DNA from: Eledone cirrhosa
Lineage: Eukaryota
Assembly: GCA_964016885.1 (NCBI GenBank)
Contig: OZ024745.1
Span: 63,550,001 to 63,614,000 of the forward strand
DNA: 64,000 bases
Direction: 5' to 3'
Shown here: piece after piece, positions 1 to 11,232 of the stretch
How positions within the stretch are numbered: the stretch's first letter is position 1
How the letters are laid out: the number at the start of each line of letters is the position of its first letter
Translations under genes and position numbers: made by a program
The notes under the pieces: model-generated
Database searches by the model: none
Told to the model about the DNA's origin: nothing
The model's input: the letters and a program-made list of their open reading frames with translations, nothing else

Positions 1-9
1 GATGAGTAT

Positions 10-78
10 TGACGTACATGGGAGTCGAACACACATCTTTGGTTATCCAGACCACTGTGCTACCATTTACACCAACAC
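10..78 (-). mobile_element. tRNA-like sequence (SINE head or tRNA pseudogene)
   Basis: Reverse strand GTGTTGGTGTAAATGGTAGCAC...TGGTctggataACCA...GTGTTCGACTCCCA: A box/D arm, anticodon-like hairpin and B box; acceptor stem poor. Confidence 0.5.
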
Positions 79-226
79 ATTTTTTCAACAAAATCTTTTT
101 CCATTTCTCCGAGGGTTCTTAACCCCACTATCATGCTAAATAATTTCTTTAATTTCTTTAGTCAAAATACGGCGATAACATTTATAATAATTTCAAACCC
201 GCTCGCCGATTCTAAAATATTATTAC

Positions 227-304
<78 letters not shown>

Positions 305-430
305 CGTATGCCATGGCTATGTCAGGGATTCGTATATATATATAATTGGTGTGGGATGCTTAAAGTGTTCGTATGCTGTAGGCCGTTTGAGCACTCGATG
401 CTCTTACAGAGTAGATTATAATATCACATA

Positions 431-624
431 AGAAACGGAGAATCGGTGGTGCGACAAATTAAAATTTATTAGATATATATATTACAATCGAAATGTCTCT
501 GAAATCGCAAGATCCTCAGATACGTCTCGATTCTTTGAAGCAGAGTTTCCAAATGGTCGGCAGAGAAACGATTGTAATATGTTTAATAAATTTTAATTTG
601 TCGCACCACTGATTCTCCGTTTCT
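431..624. repeat. Fold-back element: ~60 bp inverted arms around a ~78 nt core
   Basis: AGAAACGGAGAATCGGTGGTGCGACAAATTAAAATTTATT (431-470) vs AATAAATTTTAATTTGTCGCACCACTGATTCTCCGTTTCT (585-624); inner ATATTACAATCG/CGATTGTAATAT. Confidence 0.9.
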
Positions 625-651
625 AATTTGATACATATGCATATATATGAT

Positions 652-764
<113 letters not shown>

Positions 765-847
765 TAACGGAGTCATAGACTCGCGTTAGTCCCTGTAAAT
801 TATGTGCTCAAAGGAAAAGGAATCCTAGGTTCTTCAAATATAAGATG

Positions 848-1139
848 TAGAAAAGATAACACACGAGAGAGAGAGTGTGTGTTTATCAATGTACAGGGAA
901 AACCACCAGTGTATGGAATCTATAAACTACGAAAGGTGAGGTAGGCGCATAATAATTAAAAATATAAATCAGAATGAATTTACCCACCTTTATAACAATA
1001 GTTATAAAGGTGGGAAAATTCATTCTGATTTATATTACCTCACCTTTCGTAGTTTATAGATTCCATACACTGGTAGTTTTCCCTCTACATTATTAAACAC
1101 ACACACCCTCTCTCTTTCTCTCGTGTGTTATCTTTTCTA
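848..1139. repeat. Near-perfect ~290 bp palindrome (4 nt loop)
   Basis: Arms 848-996 and 1001-1139 are reverse complements around loop AATA; the left arm has a short extra insertion. Confidence 0.95.
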
Positions 1140-1157
1140 AATATATATATATATATA

Positions 1158-1580
1158 AAATTAGAATTGGTGCTCTGAAATAGCGATATATATATGAATG
1201 TATATACAGTGTATTTTGCAATACACTGTATGCTTAATTAAAAGCATTTTGAAGACCATTCCCATATGTATCGCTTTTTCAGAGCACCAATTCTAATTTT
1301 CAATTTCTGCTGGACCGGCGACCGCTCTGTATAATCAGTTCCTGATTGTTACTGGAATTCTATAAGAATCCAACACACATAATTTTCAGCAGACAGGGAG
1401 AGTAGTGAGCTTTGATAAGTACCAAAAAGTACGAAACAGAGCTCTGTCAACTTATCTCCCCTTGTTTGCTGAAACTTTAAGTAAGCGACATAATCACTAC
1501 TTTAAAACACTAGCGTATGGTCGTCAAAATGCTTTTAATTAAGCATACAGTGTATTGCAAAATACACTATATATACATTC

Positions 1581-1588
<8 letters not shown>
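1158..1588 (+). mobile_element. (TA)n-embedded Penelope-like non-autonomous element with nested inverted repeats and a hammerhead motif
   Basis: IR 1158-1189/1269-1300 and IR ~1190-1259/1517-1588; hammerhead at 1384-1474; (TA)n on both sides. Confidence 0.65.
1384..1474 (+). ncRNA. Minimal type I hammerhead ribozyme (core altered)
   Basis: TTGATAA-GTAC caaaaa GTAC-GAAA-CAGAGCTCTG-TC; palindromic stem III; outer stem TTTCAGCAGACAGGG/CCTTGTTTGCTGAAA. Core CUGAUGA reads UUGAUAA. Confidence 0.7.
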
Positions 1589-1636
<48 letters not shown>

Positions 1637-1680
1637 TATATATATTATATATATATATAATATATATATAATATATATAT

Positions 1681-1770
<90 letters not shown>

Positions 1771-1780
1771 ATATATATAT

Positions 1781-1811
<31 letters not shown>

Positions 1812-1957
1812 ATATATATATTATATATATATATATATAATATATATATCTTATATATATATATATATATAATATATATATAATATATATATAATATATA
1901 TATATATATATTATATATATATTATATATATATTATATATATATATAATATATATAT

Positions 1958-2001
<44 letters not shown>
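1580..2001. repeat. (TA)n microsatellite
   Basis: Direct inspection. Confidence 0.98.
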
Positions 2002-2004
<3 letters not shown>

Positions 2005-2330
2005 TTTCTTTATTTCTTTCTTATATCTCATTCAGTTATTTCTTATATCTCATTCAGTTATTTTGCCTGAGAAAATATGTGTGTCATCAAACGTTGTACA
2101 CAGATATTTTTTCAAGTTCCAATTGAGTTCTAGCACGTGGCCTGAATTCCTTTTAGAGTTCATTGACATGCGTATGTATTGGCGGTAATTTATTTCCTAA
2201 TTTTTGAATCAGTTTGAGTATTTCTTTAGAACTGCTGAACTGGCAACCTAAGAGATACCTCAGGCACTGATGACGATTATCGCTAAATACTGATGTTGGT
2301 TAGATTATCAATATTAGTATTATTGGGGCA

Positions 2331-2457
2331 CCCACTGAAGAATTATAGGAGCCCACTTGAATATATATCTATTGATGGTATACAAGCTCCTACATAAATT
2401 GGTATAATTTCACCCCAATTGTAGGAATCCTATACTGAAACGATACGTCCGTCTGGG
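2331..2457 (+). ncRNA. Type I hammerhead ribozyme with expanded stem II
   Basis: CCCA-CTGAAGA-ATTATAGGA...(~77 nt)...TCCTATACT-GAAACG atacgtc CGTC-TGGG; intact core, 4 bp stem I, 3 bp stem III, GUC cleavage triplet; inside a (TA)n-flanked block ~2002-2630. Confidence 0.6.
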
Positions 2458-2647
2458 AAGAGATATATTCGATATGTCTCATATGAAATAATACAGCCAA
2501 TTTTCCACGCAATACATTTAGTTAGCACCCCGAACGCTTAATTAGGAATATACTCACTTATTTCCTAATGTTTGTTGAGTGAGTTGGAATTTGGCCGGAG
2601 TATCGCTAAAAAGCTTTCTCCGATAATGTATTTATATATATATATAT

Positions 2648-3327
2648 ATTTCATATAAGTAGGCCGAATTTACTTGCAAACCGCCAGAGATTCGATTTTA
2701 CTGATTTCCAATTATATTAATCTCCTAGATTTAATAATTAACCAATTAATTTAATTCGAAAATTCTGTTGATTGGTTAATTATTTGTGTTAGTTTTATAA
2801 CATCTAGTCGAGAGCTTATCATGATGATTAGCGGAAATTAAAATATTTCCTTTCGCTAGCATTTGAATTGACCCGCCAAAAACCGGGGGTTATTTCCCTT
2901 GCCGGAATTAACACGTCATAACTATAGATACGATTAGCAGCCATACGAGCAGCAACATATTTTATCACTCCTGGTTCTAAGCAGAACGAAAACCTGTTGA
3001 TAAACTGAGTCCTCTGTTCAGTCACCAATACCACGATCTTGCCATTCAAGTAAGTCTGATATTTGATTTCGGATTCAGAGAAACACTTTAAACGTATGCC
3101 CGTTTGATTTGTCCAGGTGTATTTTTCTCAACCTGATTAGTTCTATCGTTCCTTTGGTATATATTGTGTGTTAGTTTCGCCTACCACAATGTTCGATTTG
3201 TCAAGCTATTTAAACGTATGTTATAACTCTGAGACCTATCTTATCGAGTGCTTTGCTAACTCATCATTTCATATAAGTAGGCCGAATTTACTTGCAAACC
3301 GCCAGAGATTCGATTTTACTGATTTCC

Positions 3328-3335
<8 letters not shown>
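2648..3335 (+). mobile_element. (TA)n-flanked element with ~68 bp direct terminal repeats and a candidate 67 nt intron
   Basis: TTTCATATAAGTAGGCCGAATTTACTTGCAAACCGCCAGAGATTCGATTTTACTGATTTCCAATTATAT at ~2649 and ~3267; GTAAGT donor at 3050, TTTGATTTGTCCAG acceptor ending 3116. Confidence 0.7.
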
Positions 3336-3358
<23 letters not shown>

Positions 3359-3363
<5 letters not shown>

Positions 3364-4148
3364 ACAGGGAGAAAGAGACAATTATGAGGAAGAACAATTT
3401 TTTTTTTCATTTTTTTTTATGTGTCTCTCTCTCTCTTTTTTCTGGGTTAGAAAATGATTACAACGAAATGTTTTACTTTGTGTGAAGTGTTAAGGTATTA
3501 GTTGATTTATTTATTATTTAACAATGGCATTTATTTATCTATTTATATATTTAATTATTGTCTATTACCGGTTCTGCATTTATATGCATTATCAAATGAT
3601 AGTGTAGTGAATTTGTGTGGTGTCGCACATGTTAAACAGAAGGTGCAGAAAGAATAATGGTATATACAAACAAGGTTTAAGAAGTGAAGAGAAAAAAAGA
3701 AAAAGGAAAAAAACCGTGCATAATGTGGAACGTAAAAAGTCAATGTGGAAGAAAAGTTAATGTTATTTACAAGCAGTCATTGAAGTTAAGCAGTTCAAAA
3801 TGTGTTAATATCGCAAGAGTGTTTAGTTGAACCATGGTTCCGTGAAGGAGGCAAATGGTGGACTGTGATTTGATATGATTTCCCTTTTTAGAGAGTTAAT
3901 ATGCAGGGGAAGCAATTCTTGGTGGGTGATATTTAATTTATTTAAGAAAAAGGATTATGTAGGGTGTGAGGGAGAGCAAGAATTGCTTCCCCCTGCATAT
4001 TAACTGCACCTTAACACTTCACACAAAGTAAAACATTTCGTTTTAATCATTTTCTAACCCAGAAAAAAAACAGAAAAGAGAGAGAGAGACACAAAAAAAG
4101 GAAAAGAAATATTTTTCTTCCCCATAATCGTCTTTCTCCCTGTTTTCA
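3359..4148. mobile_element. (TA)n-embedded element with ~140 bp terminal inverted repeats (MITE-like or inverted Penelope-type end)
   Basis: 3359-3496 vs 4008-4148 reverse complement; internal IR AGTTAATATGCAGGGGAAGCAATTCTT (~3894-3920) vs ~3978-4005. Confidence 0.8.
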
Positions 4149-4197
4149 TATATATATATATATATATATCCTAACTCGTATGCCTCCTCTCCACATT

Positions 4198-4254
<57 letters not shown>

Positions 4255-4256
<2 letters not shown>

Positions 4257-4329
4257 ATAATAATAAATTTGAAGACTAAAATCCAAAGAGGGCTCGATAA
4301 GGATAAATAAACTTTAATCTGTTATTTTA

Positions 4330-4335
<6 letters not shown>
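4255..4335 (+). repeat. Short (TA)n-embedded dispersed repeat, copy 1 (others at ~9998-10148 and 63894-63970)
   Basis: AATTTGAAGACTAAAATCCAAAGAGGGCTCGATAAGGATAAATA is shared by three loci. Confidence 0.85.
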
Positions 4336-4423
<88 letters not shown>

Positions 4424-4431
4424 TATATTAT

Positions 4432-4525
<94 letters not shown>

Positions 4526-4690
4526 ATAATATATATATATTATATATATATTATATATATATATAATATATATATATTATATATATATTATAATATATAT
4601 ATATATTATATATATATTATATATATATATAATATATATATATATTATAATATATATATAATATATATATATATTATATATATAAATATA
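4335..4690. repeat. (TA)n microsatellite
   Basis: Direct inspection. Confidence 0.98.
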
Positions 4691-4741
4691 TAAAGGAGAG
4701 AGAAAGAGAGAAAAAGGGGAGAAAAAAGAGAGATAAAAGGA

Positions 4742-4774
<33 letters not shown>

Positions 4775-4789
4775 TCCTTTAATCACTCC

Positions 4790-5816
4790 TTTTATCTCCC
4801 CTTTTTCCTCTCTTTCTCTCTCCTTTTTCACCTGGCCCTTTCATTAATAAAAGGCCTCGGGCGCACCCCAAATACACCGATGTCCTGTAATTCAGCGCCG
4901 AAACATCGGTTCGGGAAACATTTACAGCTTACGATGGAAACTCCTTTTTTCCTTTCTCCTCCTGTTCCGTCCGAACCACCATCCTAAAGCTTGTTTTTTG
5001 TAACCACACAGCTCCTTTTGTATTTACCGCTGTGACTCTACCTGCTTTGGTCGATCTGTGTTCCCTCCACACTTTCACATCTACCCTCCCTTCTCTCTTC
5101 CCTTCTCCTCCTCACTCTCGTTTTTTTTCTCTCTCTATCCATCCGTTCGGTTTTGATTGTTGACATGTTTACACGTGCCGTGGTGGCCTATCTGTCCGCA
5201 ATCTTTGCGGCACGTTTTTACCACCGTCGTAAAAAAAAATCCTTCTTGATTATCTCCCTTTGCCTTCTTCTCCTCACTTTTGGTTGCCCGTGTCTCTCTC
5301 TCACTTTCTCCTGTCTATCTGAGAGGCAGCACGATTAAACCAGTTCTGAGTCGTAACTGACCACCAGGCTAAAGTCTCCCAGGTTGGCCACAACTTACTT
5401 TCCCCATTTTTCCACGGTTACTTTTTTGCATGTTTCTTTCACCTGTGTCCTCCCACAATGGGACCTGTACACTTTTTTCTCCTATTCCTTTCCTAATTTT
5501 TCCCCTTTTTCCTTCCCCCTCTCTTCCCCCTCCTCATCTTTTTCCCCCCCCTGTTCTTCCTCCATTCCCTCTCTTTCCTTTTCTCTCGCCTTTTTTCTCC
5601 CCTTTTTTTCTCTGTTTCTCTCTCCTTTTCCACCTGGCCCTTTGATTAATAAAAAGCCTCGGGCGCACCCGAAATACACCGATGTCCTGTAATTCAGCGC
5701 CGAAACGTCGGTTCGGGAAACATTTACAGCTGACGCTGGAAACTCCTTTCTTCTTTTCTCCTGTTCCGTCCTAATCACCATCCTAAACCATGTTTTTAGT
5801 TACCACACAGCTCCTT
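4790..5816 (+). mobile_element. Non-coding element with ~230 bp direct repeats (period ~802 bp)
   Basis: CACCTGGCCCTTT...GGGCGCACCC...GCGCCGAAAC...ACCACACAGCTCCTT at ~4829-5017 and ~5631-5816; left end inverted-duplicated across (TA)n at ~4693-4745. Confidence 0.8.
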
Positions 5817-6468
5817 GTGTGTGTGTGTGCCTGTGTTTTTGTGCTACATACTATTTATGTATGTGCATACTATACACACATATATATATATATATATGTG
5901 TGTGCGTGTGTGTGTGTATGCGTGTGTGTGTGTATTTGAGAGCATAGTTGTACTCCTCATTTTTGTATTTTTTTCTGTTATTTGTATTTATAGATTTGTA
6001 ATCATGTAATTATATATTATTACTATTTCATGATAACCCATACCATGCTATTTTCTGATAACATTCTTTATCCTATGATTACATGCTTCATTGTTTACTT
6101 AGTTCATTTTACGAAGTCAGCCGTCCCCCTTCTCCTTCTCCAACACATCCCATTCATATTTTATTAGATTTTGTTTTATTTCATTTATTAATGTAATATT
6201 TTTCTCTTCTATTTTTTTCTTTTTTATTTGTCCATTTTCCTTGCTAATTAAGCCCTTTTAATATGTACTGATCATAAGCTATAGGTTGATAGCATCTAAT
6301 GCATCTAATGTTGAGCACAGTATTGATGATGGGTTGAAGGCTCGCAATATTGTAGAGAAAGATGAATACTAAGCGGTAGAGAGAGTGAGAGTGAAAATGA
6401 AAGAAAAAGAGAGAAAGAAAGAGGAAGAGAGAGATAAATCCATGTGCAAATAAAATATTTTCTCATAG

Positions 6469-6680
6469 TTTTGACCGCACCCATTCAAAGTATTGAACGA
6501 TCACTCAATGACGGACCGAGAACATTTACAAACACACTCGGCCTGTTTGTGATAATAGCAGAATTTCCCATCAATCGTATTGAAGAAGCCGCCGGAAAGA
6601 CACATAAGAATCAACTCAATGGCAAAGAATCAGTGAGAACCAAACGAATGTCTTTCGACTTTCGACGGAAAAGCGAGTAC
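6469..6680 (+). other. Candidate exon or conserved regulatory island
   Basis: TTTTCTCATAG acceptor, open frame (LTAPIQSIERSLNDGPRT...RRKSEY), GTAAGC donor at 6681; CpG-rich relative to surroundings; no recognised homology. Confidence 0.25.
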
Positions 6681-6776
6681 GTAAGCAAATAATAATAAAA
6701 GTCTTAAGACTCGCAGCAGAGCAGGCAAGTTGTATATATCTCTCTCTTTCCCTCTCTCTCTCTCTCTGTATATATG

Positions 6777-6825
<49 letters not shown>

Positions 6826-6827
6826 GT

Positions 6828-6864
<37 letters not shown>

Positions 6865-7049
6865 AATATATATATATACGTATATATATATATATAGATA
6901 GATAGATAGATTAAGATATATATATATATATAGAGAGAGTGAGAGAGTGAGAGAGAGAGAGAGAGATAAATAGTTTCATTATTTCTCAGCTATTCCACCC
7001 ATTAGAACAATTCCGTTTTATGTATCGCGATATCTGACTCTCAACGAAA

Positions 7050-7445
7050 TTTGAACCACTACCATTTGTCTGTGTTTACTCGAAACTTTCTTGATTTATC
7101 TACAATCTTGAACTGAATATGGCACAGTTCAGTACAAAGGTCCGTGCAACAATTTCATCAAGGTCTCATGTGTTCATACCACACCATTGCAGAATGGGGC
7201 GTTCCTAAGCAAATACAATATTTAGTTCATATCAGATTTGTATCCCTGTTCGTTGCAGGCTTTGAATTCTCGCAAATCTTTCATTCTTTATTTTAGTTTC
7301 AATTTCTCGTTGCCGTACTGAGTGAAGGACCGTTTTCAAGGAATTTATTTGTATCTACACCAGTACTTATTTTGTTGGTTACTTATTATATCCATCTTAT
7401 GTAATACGAAGAGTAATGTTGTCATCCGCATATAATAAGAGGATA
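7050..7445 (-). mobile_element. Decayed LINE reverse transcriptase fragment
   Basis: Minus-strand LLYADD motif at ~7420-7438; otherwise heavily disrupted. Confidence 0.45.
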
Positions 7446-7584
7446 TGTAACCTGGATCAAAAGAACCTGGAGAGTGGAATGTTACACGAAACAATCTGTA
7501 ACAATTAAGTCCCGTGAACATGTATGTATGTATGTATGTATGTATGTATGTATATACATGTGTATATATGTGTATATATGCGCG

Positions 7585-7880
7585 GGGACAGAATAATCTG
7601 GCTGGATAACCGATCGTGTGGTTAAACCACTTGGAGTGAAGGACCCCTAGCTTTTGTCAGGGCATTCTTCTAGGAGAAGGCAACCCAGGAAACTGTGATA
7701 ACCCCAACATAAATCCTGCGGCTCAGTAGTTACCGATTATGTTGATCTTTTCTTCTTTTCGGGTTATAACTACTTTCGCTCAGAGAGTGGGATTGGCTCA
7801 GTGCACAGTCTTTTCTAACTTTAAAAAAAATCTTCATGCACAGGCATTGCACGATAGCATTAATTGATAATTATTAATAA
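7585..7880 (+). mobile_element. Dispersed repeat (RTE 5'UTR-like or SINE); inverted copy at 11229-11490
   Basis: GGAGTGAAGGACCCCTAGCTTTTGTCAGGGCATTCTTCTAGGAGAAGGCAAC...GCACGATAGCATTAATT matches the reverse complement at 11229-11490; partial relative at 14760-15060. Confidence 0.75.
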
Positions 7881-7957
7881 TGTTATATCATGCAATGGGC
7901 ATACTCGATAACGTGGGGGCAGCCATCATGTATGTGTGTTTGCTTGGTTGTGTGTGT

Positions 7958-8090
7958 ACACAAGAGGCGGCTAAAAAGCTCGTAGGCTGACTAAAAAGAA
8001 GTAATCCTAGGGCTGTGAATCATGCAGGCATTAATTTCGACTCTTCTTATTAAGAACTGCATTGCTTCGTTCCAGGGACTATGTTGAAAA
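7958..8090 (+). mobile_element. Possible mariner-type terminal fragment
   Basis: TACACAAGAGGCGGCTAAAAAGCTCGTAGGCTGAC loosely resembles mariner TIR starts. Confidence 0.3.
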
Positions 8091-8149
8091 AATTCTATAC
8101 ATCTTCATTTGACCAATCAATAGCAAACTATACTTATAATACAGAGTAA

Positions 8150-9030
8150 CTGGAATATCAAGTCAGAGAATGATGCACCAATGACTGAGACGGATATTTC
8201 ATTCTCCTTTCATGGAATACTATCTCAAACATAAGGTGAATGCACCTACTGCAATTTTCCAGTCATACTAGTCATACATCCCTATGAAACAGAAAGTATG
8301 CAGTATCTAGCCCTGACATATTCCCAACAGATCACACCACCAAATTCAATATACAAAATTTCAAAAACTGTTTAAGACCTAGAGATAGAAAGAAGACAAG
8401 TTTATTTCGTCGAATAAATATAGAGAGTGACTATGAATTTGACTTGATTAACTGCAGAATATCAGTGAGTGGAGGTTAGTACTTGAGAATCTTTAAGCTT
8501 CTGCTAACTCAGAGGTGAGCTTAGTTAACCACATTGATAAAGCCGCCACAGGATTTTTGGAATAAAAATTAGTGCTGTCAATCGTCAAAGGCGTCATCAC
8601 TACACACACCTCTCTATAGTGTTAAAAACTAGAGACAGTGCACCAGTTTAAATAAATGGCGCAGACAATAACTGCACTAACAAAGCTACATTGCATATGG
8701 AAAACTAGAAATATCACCACAGAGACGAAAATAAGTCTCCCGCGTGCATTGTGCTCTCATGCTACCTGTATACATAGGAGATATGGTCTCGCACGTGAGG
8801 GATAGCGAGGAAGATTCAGGTACTAGAAATGAAACGCTACCGTATTACAAGCAAGCAGGATATTAAAATAATCTATAACATTGGTTCCCATGAAGTCGAA
8901 AAAAGAAATCCGAGATAAAATGGCGACGTATCACAAACCATTTGCCTTGCAAAGAGCTTATACTATAAGGGATTGTGGAGAGGGAGAGAATGAGAAATCG
9001 AGAAAGCCTTTAAGCACACAACATGAAGTG
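8150..9030 (+). mobile_element. Decayed, internally deleted RTE-clade LINE
   Basis: Translations WKTRNITTETKISL..., ARKIQVLEMKRYRI and a G.VE..R.R.RE-like segment match the RTE ORF C-terminus. Confidence 0.65.
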
Positions 9031-9933
9031 CACAGGCAAATCATTAGCAGAGTCTTGCGACCTAGCACGCAAACGTAACCCATGCCAAAAACTTATATAT
9101 AACTTGTTATAAGGATACCCCTTCCATTCTAACAGGATACGATACAATAACTATATAGATATATTCATAATTTACATCATCTTCTTTCTCATTCGTCCGA
9201 TGACCTTTTGGCATCGGCTGGTCGTGTCGTTAAAATCAGTGCTTATTTTGTTTTACACTCATATTTGGACTGTATTTTCCGAGAGCAGTTTTCAGTGTTG
9301 CCATTGCAAACTCTGCTGAATTTATTAAAATCCATGTATGGTGAAGTTTTGTTGCAGCATGCTGATGTATCAGTGAGGTTGTTGTTGTACTTAGTCTCAT
9401 ATCAACTTGAATCAAATACTCCTATGATTCGTTACAAACACGTTATTATTTATCAGACAAGGATTTTTCTGAATCACAGATCTAGCCCTATATTATCGAA
9501 CACGTAATCCGGGTTTTATTTTTGTTTTGATTATTAGGATTGATTTGAGCAACACAATGTATATTTATTGTTGTTTCATGCCCCTTTCTTTATGTTTGGC
9601 TGTGATTAGTAGATCGAGCAAACGTATGGAGGCTCTATCATTAGTATAATTTAGCTTAATAAGGTTGTTTCGTAAAATTAGAAAGTGGTGTATTCCCCTA
9701 TATACACAAAAGAATATGTCTCTTAACCTTTTCCGAAAACAATTAAAAACCTTGTTTTCAATAACAAAATATTGCAAAATGAGTACATGAATATCCGAGT
9801 TTCATGATCATAGTTCATTTACTTATCTTTTATGAAAGTCAAGGTTTGTTGCCGGAACATCCGTCCTCTTCCGTACACGCATACACACATACATACACAC
9901 ACTAACACAAACACACACACACATATATATATA

Positions 9934-9997
<64 letters not shown>

Positions 9998-10002
<5 letters not shown>

Positions 10003-10146
10003 TCAAATAACAGATTAAAGTTTAAGCAAAGAATAATCTTTAATCTGTTATTTTAATAAATATTTGCTCTACGGTTCTTATATATTTGATATATATTTAT
10101 CCTTATCGAGCCCTCTTTGGCTTTTAGTCTTCACATTTATTATTAT

Positions 10147-10148
<2 letters not shown>
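9998..10148 (-). repeat. (TA)n-embedded dispersed repeat, copy 2, with terminal hairpin
   Basis: Reverse complement of the 4255 and 63894 sequence; TTTATTCAAATAACAGATTAAAG/CTTTAATCTGTTATTTTAATAAA hairpin. Confidence 0.85.
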
Positions 10149-10213
<65 letters not shown>

Positions 10214-10547
10214 GAGCGAGAGAGATTATATGTATATATATGTGTGTGTGTCTGTGTGTGTGTGTGTGTGTGTGTACATACGTACGCACTTACATATGTA
10301 TGTATCTATGTATGTACGTATGTATGTATCTATGTGTGTGTGTGTGTGTGTGTGTGCGTCAAATACAAGAGTACAAGTTCATTCACACATATTCAAATAC
10401 CTCACATACATTGAACCTTACATCCAGTGAACCTGGTCGTCCTTAACCTGAAGTGTAAATATAATATCAGAGCAGAAAATTCGTTATACAGTATGTTAAC
10501 CTTGTTTGAATGGTAGATAATTATTATTATTTTTTTTTTTTTCGTTT

Positions 10548-10740
10548 GGGTCGGTGAATTGGCAGTATCGGTAGAGGGTCGGACGCCATGCTTTCTAGCA
10601 TAGTTACGTCCCTTTATGGTCTGAGTTCAAATCCCGTCGAGGTTAACTTTGCATTTCATCCTTACGGGGTCGATAAAATAAAGTACCAGTAATGTACTGG
10701 GTTATTTGCTGGCCTTGTGCCAAAAGTAGAAACAATTATA
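10548..10740 (+). mobile_element. tRNA-derived SINE (major family)
   Basis: A box TGGCAGTATCGG, B box GAGTTCAAATCC, body CTTTGCATTTCATCCTTACGGGGTCGATAAAATAAAGTACCAG, tail AGAAACAATTA. Confidence 0.9.
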
Positions 10741-11047
10741 ATTTTTTTCGTTTAAGGTAAGCAATCTTATCCAACATATATGTAATGATGCCTGCACTTC
10801 TTTTTTTATGATGAAAAAGGCCTTTCCTTAGATCAGTCACATTCTCTGAGCAGGTTAGCATCATTGGGTGCCATCATTGTGCATGTTTCATATAGTTTCC
10901 AGAAGTCTCTCTCGCTCTCTTTCTGTGAGGTAATCGTGGGCCAGGGAGCCAAACCAGGGAGTCTTTCCTTGTCACTTCACATTCATACTTATATAAAAAC
11001 ATATATGATGGCTGCCCCCTCGTTATCGAGTATGGCCATATAACATT

Positions 11048-11232
11048 GTGGATTGGCAGTATCGGTAGAGAGTCGGACGCCATGCTTTCCAGCATAGTTA
11101 CGTCCCTTTACGGTCTGAGTTCAAATCCCGCCGAGGTTCACTTTGCCTTTCATCCTTACGGGGTCGATAAAATAAAGTACCAGTAATGTACTGGGTAATT
11201 GCTGGCCTTGTGCCAAATGTAGAAACAATTAT
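11048..11232 (+). mobile_element. tRNA-derived SINE (major family)
   Basis: Near-identical to 10548-10740. Confidence 0.9.
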
